From contig JAOADB010000002.1 of the NCBI GenBank assembly GCA_026417535.1, forward strand, positions 1 to 51,769: 51,769 nucleotides of DNA. The letters are read 5' to 3'. The translations under genes were made by a program, and so were the position numbers. The notes beneath the pieces were generated by a model. It was not told the origin of the DNA. It made no database searches and saw nothing but the letters and a program-made list of their open reading frames with translations. Shown one piece after another: positions 38,385 through 48,438 of the stretch. The stretch's first letter is position 1. Every line of letters begins with the position of its first letter. Origin of the DNA: Caldilineales bacterium (GTDB taxonomy: Bacteria > Chloroflexota > Anaerolineae > J102).

Positions 38385-38497
38385 GTAGCGCAAGATGCCA
38401 TCTTGCGCTACGTCTTTCGTCCGTCGTCCTGGCGAGCGGCCAATGGCGGGAAGGGAAGACCCATCCGGAACATAGGGCGGTGGCTGAGCAGTGACCC
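38385..38497 (+). repeat. ~115-nt conserved intergenic element, copy D (perfect 5' hairpin)
   Basis: GTAGCGCAAGATG-C-CATCTTGCGCTAC-GTCTTTCGTCCGTCGTCCTGGCGAGCGGCCAATGGCGGGAAGGGAAGACCCATCCGGAAC...GGTGGCTGAGCAGTGACCC. A partial related copy follows at about 38505-38590. Confidence 0.85.
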
Positions 38498-38861
38498 GAA
38501 CACGTTCTTTTTCGCCTATCGTCCGTCGTCCCGGCCTTTAGCCGATAGCGGAGACGGAAGACTCATTCGGGGTGAGAAGGCAGCCGATCGAAGAGAGACA
38601 CCGCGGCATTATACCCAGGGCATCGTGACAACCGCAACCCGGCACTCAACCGGGTATCGTGCAAGGTTTGGCGACGTCCTCTGATTGGGGTCCCCTCGGT
38701 CTGCCATCGCTCCGGCCCGGCGCCCGAACCATCGCGGAAGAGCGGCCGGGGTCGTTACACCTGCGAAGTAAACACGACCCCCTGTAAGCGTTTTGCGTTT
38801 TCTTGACACCCGCGCTATACTGAAACTCCAATCATCCGGAGGAGAAGGTCTTTTTTCCCAT

Positions 38862-40145
38862 ATGAACAACCCCCATACGTTTACCACCCTTTCATCCCAG
38901 GAGGTTTCCCCGACCCTGTTTACCGACTCCGCCTCAACCGCAACCGACGATGCCGACATGGACTCGATGGCGTCGCTGCTCGAGGCCAGCCCGGAGGAGT
39001 TTGACTACCGGGAGCTCGAGGCCGGCGACATCCTGGAGGGGGAAATCGTCGGCATCACCGCCAACGAAATCCTGGTGGACATCGGCTCGAAATCCGAAGG
39101 GGTTATCCCGGCTCGTGACTTGGACCGCGTCGATCCCGAAATCCGCAACAACCTCAAAGTCGGGGACAAGATTTTGGTCCACGTTGTGCGACCGGAAAAC
39201 CGCGAGGGCCATGCCTGGCTTTCCCTCTCGCGGGCCCTCCAGGAATACGACTGGCGTCGGGCCGAAGAGCTGCTCCACACCAAGGAGGTCTTCGAGGGCG
39301 TGGTCAGCGAGTACAACAAGGGTGGGGTGATCGTGTATCTGGGCAAGGCGCGCGGTTTCGTGCCGGCGTCGCAGTTGGTCAGCGACGAGGGGAAGAAGGA
39401 GGAGGACAGCGAGGACCGGTTCAAGGACCTGGTCGGCAAGAAATTGCAACTCAAGGTCATCGAACTCGATCGCAGCCGCAATCGTCTCATCCTCTCGGAG
39501 CGGCAGGCCATGCGCGACTGGCGGCATACCCAAAAGGCTCGCCTGCTCAGCGATCTTCAGGTCGGCGACGTTCGCGAAGGCGTGATCAGCAGCCTGGCCC
39601 CCTTCGGCGCCTTTGTGGACCTCGGCGGCGCCGACGGTCTCATCCACCTGTCGGAGCTGTCGTGGGGCCGTGTCCAGGACCCCAGCGAGGTGGTACACAT
39701 CGGCCAGAAGGTGCGAGTCAAGGTCATCAGCGTGGACCGGGATCGCCGTCGCATCGGTCTCAGCCTGCGTCAGCTAGCGCCGGAACCCTGGAGTGTCATC
39801 CACGAGCAATACGCCATCGGCCAGCTGGTGGATGCCGAGATCACTCGGCTAACCAATTTCGGCGCTTTTGCCCGTGTGGATGGCAAAATTGAAGGACTGA
39901 TCCACATCAGCGAGCTTTCCGATCAGCGCGTCAGCCATCCCCGTGAAGTCGTGCACGAGGGTCAGAAACTGCGCCTACGGGTGATCAAAATTGACCCTGT
40001 GAAACGACGCATGGGGTTGAGCCTCAAGCAGGCCGCCGAGGATCGCTACGCGGTAGTGGATTGGGCACCGGAAGACGATTTCGATGAAGAGGCTGCCCTG
40101 GCCGCGTCGGAAGACGAAGCAGGCCAGGAAGCCCAGGTGTCCTGA
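38862..40145 (+). CDS. rpsA: 30S ribosomal protein S1 (four S1 domains)
   Basis: Repeated S1 motifs: [84 protein letters not shown] and [31 protein letters not shown]. The start is uncertain. Confidence 0.9.
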   Translation: MNNPHTFTTLSSQEVSPTLFTDSASTATDDADMDSMASLLEASPEEFDYRELEAGDILEGEIVGITANEILVDIGSKSEGVIPARDLDRVDPEIRNNLKVGDKILVHVVRPENREGHAWLSLSRALQEYDWRRAEELLHTKEVFEGVVSEYNKGGVIVYLGKARGFVPASQLVSDEGKKEEDSEDRFKDLVGKKLQLKVIELDRSRNRLILSERQAMRDWRHTQKARLLSDLQVGDVREGVISSLAPFGAFVDLGGADGLIHLSELSWGRVQDPSEVVHIGQKVRVKVISVDRDRRRIGLSLRQLAPEPWSVIHEQYAIGQLVDAEITRLTNFGAFARVDGKIEGLIHISELSDQRVSHPREVVHEGQKLRLRVIKIDPVKRRMGLSLKQAAEDRYAVVDWAPEDDFDEEAALAASEDEAGQEAQVS

Positions 40146-40185
40146 CAACCGCCCCTCGGCCCCTCCCGCTTGCTCTGGAAGGTTC

Positions 40186-40223
40186 AAGGGCTGACCTGTC
40201 CAAAGGGTCAGCCCTTTGTGTTT
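40186..40223 (+). terminator. intrinsic terminator after rpsA
   Basis: AAGGGCTGACC-TGTCCAAA-GGGTCAGCCCTT followed by TGTGTTT. Confidence 0.75.
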
Positions 40224-40331
40224 ACAGACCGGATGAGTCGTTACTGGTCCGAAACGGCTTTCTGGTATAATGCGAGCTAGGAGCGACCATTCGCCCAATC
40301 ACCTTTTTTATCTTCCCGAGGAAGCGTACCT

Positions 40332-42842
<2,511 letters not shown>

Positions 42843-42862
42843 CCGCTTGTAGGATTCGACCG

Positions 42863-42905
42863 AAAACGCCGACCCGCCATCCGGAGGGCCGGCGTTTTCT
42901 TTGTG
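42863..42905 (+). terminator. intrinsic terminator after clpC
   Basis: AAAACGCCGACCC-GCCATCCGGA-GGGCCGGCGTTTT followed by CTTTGTG. Confidence 0.75.
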
Positions 42906-43058
42906 TTGTGGATGGCTGCGATAGGCTCTTTGGAACCCCGTCCTCTGACTGCTGCGGGACGAAAGACGAACGACGGAAGGGTGCTTTCGTCTTCGGTCGT
43001 TCGTCTTTTGTTCCGCCCTTGGGCCGATGGCAGAGGCCGTGGACGCATTCACCTCGTC

Positions 43059-43874
43059 ATGGCGATGATTTCCGTCGAGACCCGTTCGGCACTCATCGGT
43101 CTTCTCCTTGCGCTGCTCATCGGGTTGAGCGGATGCGCGACTGCGGGGCCGTCCCAGGAGGCGCTGACGGTGGCCGCCGCCGCCGACCTGACCTATGCCT
43201 TTACCGAGCTTGGCGCCCTCTTCGAGACCGAAACCGGCCAGCGGGTGGTGTTCCATTTTGGTTCAACCGGGCAGCTGGCCCAACAGATCGAACAGGGCGC
43301 GCCGATGGACCTGTTCGCCGCGGCCAACATCGTCTACATCGAGGAACTCGAACGGCTCGGGCTGATTCTGCCCGATACGAAGCAGCTCTACGCCCGTGGG
43401 CGTATCGTCCTATGGACACGGGCCGACAGCCCCCTGACCCTGAACGGCATCGAAGACCTGACCCGACCGGAGGTGCGGCGGATTGCCATTGCCAACCCCG
43501 ACCACGCGCCCTACGGCATCGCCGCACGCGAGGCCCTGCAAACGGCCGGCATTTGGGAGGTGGTGCAACCGAAGCTCATCCTGAGCGAAAACGTGCGCCA
43601 GGCCCTCCATTACGCCGAAAACGGGGATGTGGATGTCGCCATTGTGGCGCTGTCGCTAAGCGTACCGGCCGCGGCCGGCAACACCCAACCGGGGCGTTGG
43701 GTGCTTGTCCCCCAGGAGCTGTACACGCCGATTGACCAGGCCCTGGCGGTGGTCAAAGACACCCGCCATGAGCAGACGGCCCGCGCCTTTGCCCAATTCA
43801 TCAACGGCCCTACAGGACGGTCGGTCATGCGGCGTTATGGTTTCATTCTGCCGGGCGAAGAACCCCTCCAATGA
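43059..43874 (+). CDS. modA: molybdate ABC transporter substrate-binding lipoprotein
   Basis: Lipobox LIGLSGC; LTVAAAADLTYAFTELGALFE...FGSTGQLAQQIEQGAPMDLFAAAN; start moved past the repeat-derived extension. Confidence 0.9.
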   Translation: MAMISVETRSALIGLLLALLIGLSGCATAGPSQEALTVAAAADLTYAFTELGALFETETGQRVVFHFGSTGQLAQQIEQGAPMDLFAAANIVYIEELERLGLILPDTKQLYARGRIVLWTRADSPLTLNGIEDLTRPEVRRIAIANPDHAPYGIAAREALQTAGIWEVVQPKLILSENVRQALHYAENGDVDVAIVALSLSVPAAAGNTQPGRWVLVPQELYTPIDQALAVVKDTRHEQTARAFAQFINGPTGRSVMRRYGFILPGEEPLQ

Positions 43875-44539
43875 ACTGGCACGCGTTGCGTCTGTCCCTG
43901 CAGGTCACGGCGGTGGCGACCCTGCTCATGCTGGTGGTCGGATTGCCCCTGGCCCTTTTGCTGGCCCGGCGTCGTTTCCGCGGGGTGACGCTGGTGGAAA
44001 CCCTGATCAACCTGCCGCTCGTCCTGCCGCCGACCGTGGTGGGCTATTATCTGCTGCTGGTGTTGGGACGAAATGGGCCGCTGGTGCAGTGGTTCGGCTG
44101 GCAGTTGTTATTCACCTGGGGTGCGGCGGCCATCGCTTCGGCGGTAGTGGGGTTGCCGCTCCTGGTGACGGCGGCGCGGGCGGCCATTGCCGAGGTCAAT
44201 CCCAACCTGGAGCGGGCGGCAGCCACGCTGGGGCTGTCGGAATGGGCCATCCTTCGGCGGGTGACGTTGCCGCTGGCCCGTCGCGGGATCCTGGCCGGGC
44301 TGCTCCTGGCGGCCACGCGGGCCTTGGGCGAGTTCGGCGCCACGCTGATGGTGGCGGGTAATATTCCCGGCCGTACCCAAACCTTGCCCCTGGCCATCTA
44401 CGACGCTGTCCAAAACCGGGCCTACGATCAGGCCAACCGCATGGTGCTGCTGATGACGGCGTTGGCCTTTCTCAGCCTGTGGACCGTGCGTCGCTTTGAA
44501 CACCCCCGTCCCCGCGAGGAAAGGGAGTCCCGTGTCTGA
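43871..44539 (+). CDS. modB: molybdate ABC transporter permease
   Basis: Five TM helices plus an EAA-like loop (AIAEVNPNLERAAATLGLSEW); its ATGA overlaps the modA stop. Confidence 0.9.
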   Translation: MNWHALRLSLQVTAVATLLMLVVGLPLALLLARRRFRGVTLVETLINLPLVLPPTVVGYYLLLVLGRNGPLVQWFGWQLLFTWGAAAIASAVVGLPLLVTAARAAIAEVNPNLERAAATLGLSEWAILRRVTLPLARRGILAGLLLAATRALGEFGATLMVAGNIPGRTQTLPLAIYDAVQNRAYDQANRMVLLMTALAFLSLWTVRRFEHPRPREERESRV

Positions 44540-45623
44540 ACCGCGGCTGGAGGCCGATTTCGTCGTCGAGCGGCCCGGTTTTCGTCTGCAAGTGCGATTG
44601 CAGATGGGGACCGAGATCCTGGTGCTGTTTGGCCCTTCCGGTTCGGGCAAAACGACGACACTCCAGGCCCTGGCAGGATTGCTGACGCCCGTGCGCGGGC
44701 ATATCGTGCTCGACGGTGAGACCTTCTTCCGCCGCCACGAGGACGGCAAAACGGTCCACGTTCCGGCGCGTAAACGCCGCATCGGTTACGTCTTTCAGGA
44801 TTACGCCCTGTTTCCTCACCTGACCGCGGCCGAAAACATCGGTTTCGGCCTGCGCGGACCGGAAAAGGCCCCGCGTGTGCGCGAGCTGCTGGCGCGGATG
44901 CACCTGAGCCATCTCGCCAACCGGTATCCTCATCAGCTTTCCGGCGGGCAGCAGCAGCGGGTGGCCATCGCCCGCGCCCTGGCCGTCAACCCGCGCTTGC
45001 TTCTGTTAGACGAACCCTTTGCGGCCCTCGACATCGCCATACGCCAGCACCTGCAGCGCGACCTGGTGGCGTTGCATCAAGAGCTGGGCCTGCCCGTCAT
45101 CTACGTGACCCATCGGCTGGAGGATGCCTTCGCCGTGGGGCAGCGGTTGGCCGTCATGCACGAAGGCCGGCTCGAACAGGTCGGCCCCATCGCCGAAGTG
45201 TTCCATCGTCCGGCCAACGCCCATGTGGCCGCCATCATAGGCGTCCCCAACGTGTTCCGGGCGCGCGTGGTGCAGGCGCAGGCCGATGGGCTTCTCCTCG
45301 ATTGGGACGGTCTGCCCCTGCTGGCGCCGCCGCAGGCCCTGCCTCTCGGCGCCGAAGTGACGGCCTACATCCGGCCCGAAGACGTGAAAATTCTCTACCC
45401 CGACCGCCCCGTGGTGGAAGCCGTGCGGGACAATCAGGTGATGGCCCGGATCGTGGAGATCCGGCCCCATCCGGGCGGGCATTGGCTGCACGCCCGCCTG
45501 GACAACGGCCACGAGGTCGAGGTGCGCTATGGGCATCACACCTACACGGCGCTGTCGTTGCAACCGGGCGCTGTGGTGCGGCTCGTATTGCGCCGCGAGG
45601 CGTTGGTGGTGTTGGGGGCGTAG
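44532..45623 (+). CDS. modC: molybdate ABC transporter ATP-binding protein with a C-terminal TOBE-like domain
   Basis: GTG start with AGGGAG upstream; Walker A GPSGSGKTT, signature LSGGQQQRVAIARAL and Walker B LLLLDEPF. Confidence 0.9.
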   Translation: MSEPRLEADFVVERPGFRLQVRLQMGTEILVLFGPSGSGKTTTLQALAGLLTPVRGHIVLDGETFFRRHEDGKTVHVPARKRRIGYVFQDYALFPHLTAAENIGFGLRGPEKAPRVRELLARMHLSHLANRYPHQLSGGQQQRVAIARALAVNPRLLLLDEPFAALDIAIRQHLQRDLVALHQELGLPVIYVTHRLEDAFAVGQRLAVMHEGRLEQVGPIAEVFHRPANAHVAAIIGVPNVFRARVVQAQADGLLLDWDGLPLLAPPQALPLGAEVTAYIRPEDVKILYPDRPVVEAVRDNQVMARIVEIRPHPGGHWLHARLDNGHEVEVRYGHHTYTALSLQPGAVVRLVLRREALVVLGA

Positions 45624-45711
45624 CCACGTCCTTTGTCCGTCGTCCCATCAAGCGACCTGTGACAGGGCCCTGGCCGGCAAGTCCAGGAAAGGGCTGGGCC
45701 GTTCCTTCGTA

Positions 45712-46302
45712 TCACCGCGAAACGAACCGATTCCCCGCCAGGTAAAACCGCCAGGGCGCGGCCAGCGCGGCCTCGTCCCCACGCACGCCTACTCGCGGCC
45801 CCGAACGGATGGGTTCGGTCGGCGGCGACCCCATCTCCAGCCAAAGCACTTCGCCCAGGGTCAAATCGTGGCCGTCGAGCCGACGGTCAATGGCCAGGGC
45901 CTGACAGAGCTTGCCGGGTCCGTTGGTCAGCTCGGTCACGGCCGTCCGGCGACGCCGCGCCTGCATGACCGGGATGCCTTCCAGCGGCTCGATGGCCCGG
46001 ATCAGCACGGCCTGGCCGTCGCCGATGACGCCGGTCACCACGTTCAGGCAGAAGTGGTTGCCGTAGATGAAATAGACATAGGCATGTCCGGGCGGGCCGA
46101 ACATGGCCCGGTTGCGCGGGGTCGGGCCGCGATAGGCGTGGGAGGCCGCGTCCTCGGTGCCGAGATAGGCCTCGGTCTCGACAATCCGTCCGGCCAGTCG
46201 GTGGCCTGCCAGTCGCCGCACGAGCAGACATCCCAACAGGGTCGGCGCGACCTCCAAGGCCGACCGGGCGTAGAACGCCTGCGGCAGCACCGCGCCCGTC
46301 AT
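45712..46302 (-). CDS. DNA-3-methyladenine glycosylase (Mpg/AAG family)
   Basis: LPQAFYARSALEVAPTLLGCLLV...GRIVETEAYLGTEDAASHAYRGPTPRNRAMFGPPGHAYVYFIYGNHFCLNVV. Confidence 0.9.
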   Translation of the reverse strand: MTGAVLPQAFYARSALEVAPTLLGCLLVRRLAGHRLAGRIVETEAYLGTEDAASHAYRGPTPRNRAMFGPPGHAYVYFIYGNHFCLNVVTGVIGDGQAVLIRAIEPLEGIPVMQARRRRTAVTELTNGPGKLCQALAIDRRLDGHDLTLGEVLWLEMGSPPTEPIRSGPRVGVRGDEAALAAPWRFYLAGNRFVSR

Positions 46303-46586
46303 CGCCCGCCTCCGACCGGGATGAGGATGTGCACCAGGTCGCCATCGGCCAGCGTCCGGGTGGCCGCTTCGGCCGCGTCCACGGCCTGCCGGTTGAGGTA
46401 CAGCCGATATGGAAAGGGATGGCCCAGGTCCTCGCCTCGATACCGGCGGGCAAAATCGGGGTAGGTCGCGTCGAGATGGGCCACCACATCGGCCAGGGTA
46501 GCCCCGGCCGGAAGGGTCAAATCGAGCCGGGTGTGGCCCAAGGCCCGCCGCAGCGGTTCGCCCACGCGCACGGTCACGCGAATCAT
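46299..46586 (-). CDS. MoaD/ThiS-family beta-grasp (ubiquitin-like) protein
   Basis: 95 aa with C-terminal ...DGDLVHILIPVGGGR (a Gly-Gly-containing tail); its stop overlaps the mpg start (ATGA). Confidence 0.6.
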   Translation of the reverse strand: MIRVTVRVGEPLRRALGHTRLDLTLPAGATLADVVAHLDATYPDFARRYRGEDLGHPFPYRLYLNRQAVDAAEAATRTLADGDLVHILIPVGGGR

Positions 46587-46590
46587 CCCT

Positions 46591-47334
46591 TTACCTTTGG
46601 GTGCTTAGCATGGCCAAGGCCCTGGCCGCCGCCCGATCCAGCGCCTTGCGCACGAGATGGGCTGTCACCGGGACGGCAAAGGCGGCCGAGAGGGGACCGG
46701 GGCCGAGCATCTCCTGGGTTTGGGCCTGGACGGCTTGGGCCGCCTGGGCAATGGCGGCCACCGTCACGGCCTGACCGCGCAGCACCGTCTCGGCCAACGC
46801 CGTGGCGACGATCGAACCGTAGCGGGGCAGCAGGGCCAGGCCGACGGCCCGGACGAGACGGTGCTCCCGGTCGAGCCGGATGGACGCCGCCACGGCCTGC
46901 AAGGTGGTGGCTGCCCCGCGCACGGCAGGCGCAGGGACAAAGGCGCTGCCGCAAGCGTCGCCGTGAAGCGGCAAACGCACCGCCACGGCTGTGCGCAGGT
47001 GCTCGAAACCGGTGTCCATCAGCTCGGCCAACGGCGTCCAACGTCGCTCGGCCGTAGGCAAAAACAGCTCGGCCTGCAATGCGGCCAAGGCCAGGGCGAG
47101 AGGCCCACTGCTCATGAGGCTTTCGGCCAGACGCGCACGCAACCCCATTTCGTCGTACCGACAGACCTCGACCAAACAGGTGGCCCACTCGCGAACGAGA
47201 CCACTGTGGGCGACATCGGCCGGCGCGGTTTCCAAACCGATGATCAGATAACCGCCGACCCGGTAAATGCCGTGGGCGCCGTGAGGGGCCGTTGCCCACG
47301 GCGCCACCTGGTGCCGGACATCCGCAACCATCAT
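46591..47334 (-). CDS. hypothetical protein (247 aa, Ala/Leu-rich, no recognised motif)
   Basis: Its start overlaps the stop of the upstream DUF2085 gene by 4 nt, and its stop is 4 nt from the MoaD-like start. Coding is inferred from this operon context. Confidence 0.5.
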   Translation of the reverse strand: MMVADVRHQVAPWATAPHGAHGIYRVGGYLIIGLETAPADVAHSGLVREWATCLVEVCRYDEMGLRARLAESLMSSGPLALALAALQAELFLPTAERRWTPLAELMDTGFEHLRTAVAVRLPLHGDACGSAFVPAPAVRGAATTLQAVAASIRLDREHRLVRAVGLALLPRYGSIVATALAETVLRGQAVTVAAIAQAAQAVQAQTQEMLGPGPLSAAFAVPVTAHLVRKALDRAAARALAMLSTQR

Positions 47335-48131
47335 AACGTCACGTCCTCTGCCTGGGGATGAGAGAGGATGGCGTGGCGGGGAAGCCTACAATGCCTGTCG
47401 AGATAGGGGAAGGCCAAGCCGATGACGCCCCAGGCCGCCAACAGGCCGGTCAGGAGCCGGGCCAGGCTGTTGAACGAACCCCACCGGTCACCGGCATAGA
47501 ACGCAGCCGGCAGGGCATGACCGGTCAGCGCCGCCAGCCAGGCGTTGGTCTCGCGAAAGCCCTCGCGCAGCCCGCCCAGGTCGCTGAGCATGTGGCTGCC
47601 GCCGTCCACGGCCAGCGGCAGCATGAGCAGTACGGCCGTGCCCAAACCGTGGCCGCGCCAACGGGGGCGAAGCAGCACGTAGAGCAAGCCGAACAGGAAC
47701 CAGCCGCCGTAGAAGCTGACCATACGGTCGCTCCAGGCCAGTTTCCAGCCCATGTCGGGATTACCGATGAACGCGCGCATCAGCAAGGGCGGCACCGGCG
47801 CCGTCGTACCCCGCCAGGCCAGCAGGATTTCCTCGCGCGTGTAGCTGAACTCGGGTCCGAACAGGAACCAGGAACGCTGCGGGAGCTGATGGCAAAAGAG
47901 CAGATAGAGGGTGTAGATGGCGTGGGCAGGTCCCTCCCAACCGCAATGCATCAGCACCGGCGCCAGCCAAGGCAACAGGTTCCATAGCCCCAGCACGATC
48001 AGCACCGTAGGCAGAGGATGGGCCACGACCCACCGACTGCCGCGGCGCCATAGGCGAGCCGATACGGCAACGACAACGGAAAGCAACCGAAACGCGCGCA
48101 TACGGTGAAAATGGCAGCCCCCAGTCCGCAC
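47331..48131 (-). CDS. DUF2085-family membrane protein
   Basis: LLFCHQLPQRSWFLFG matches the DUF2085 CHQ.PeRSF signature; multiple TM helices; the start is uncertain (48131 or 48101). Confidence 0.7.
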   Translation of the reverse strand: MRTGGCHFHRMRAFRLLSVVVAVSARLWRRGSRWVVAHPLPTVLIVLGLWNLLPWLAPVLMHCGWEGPAHAIYTLYLLFCHQLPQRSWFLFGPEFSYTREEILLAWRGTTAPVPPLLMRAFIGNPDMGWKLAWSDRMVSFYGGWFLFGLLYVLLRPRWRGHGLGTAVLLMLPLAVDGGSHMLSDLGGLREGFRETNAWLAALTGHALPAAFYAGDRWGSFNSLARLLTGLLAAWGVIGLAFPYLDRHCRLPRHAILSHPQAEDVTL

Positions 48132-48214
48132 CGATCATCCGCGCACGGCCGCAACACTCGCATTATAACCGACCGACGAGGTGAGGCGATCCGCCATGTG
48201 ACCAGGGAGAGGAT

Positions 48215-48434
48215 GGTAATTGGTAACTGGTAACTTTGAATCGCTTTTCGTCATTTAGCTGTTGTTATCATTTTGTCATATTTTGGTTTTATTCTCAATT
48301 GTGACGAATTAAAAAGGAATATGCACACAAATTATCTTGTCTATGAAAATTTACATGAATTATATCATTTATTCGAATAAAATCAAATAACGCAATAGAA
48401 TTACCAGTTACCAGTTACCAGTTACCCATTACCC
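48215..48434. repeat. MITE-like element: heptamer terminal inverted repeats flanking a ~160-bp very AT-rich core
   Basis: Left end is GGTAATTGGTAACTGGTAAC. Right end is GAATTACCAGTTACCAGTTACCAGTTACCCATTACCC, its reverse complement in heptamer register. No ORF inside. Confidence 0.65.
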
Positions 48435-48438
48435 GTCC

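Noticed and set aside
42906-43058. Molybdenum-cofactor (Moco) riboswitch upstream of modA, also considered upstream of the mog/moaB gene at 31290-31475
   Set aside because: Pentamer-palindrome repeats and the ~115-nt element fill both regions. I could not find the conserved Moco-motif segments, and a covariance-model search would be needed to be certain.
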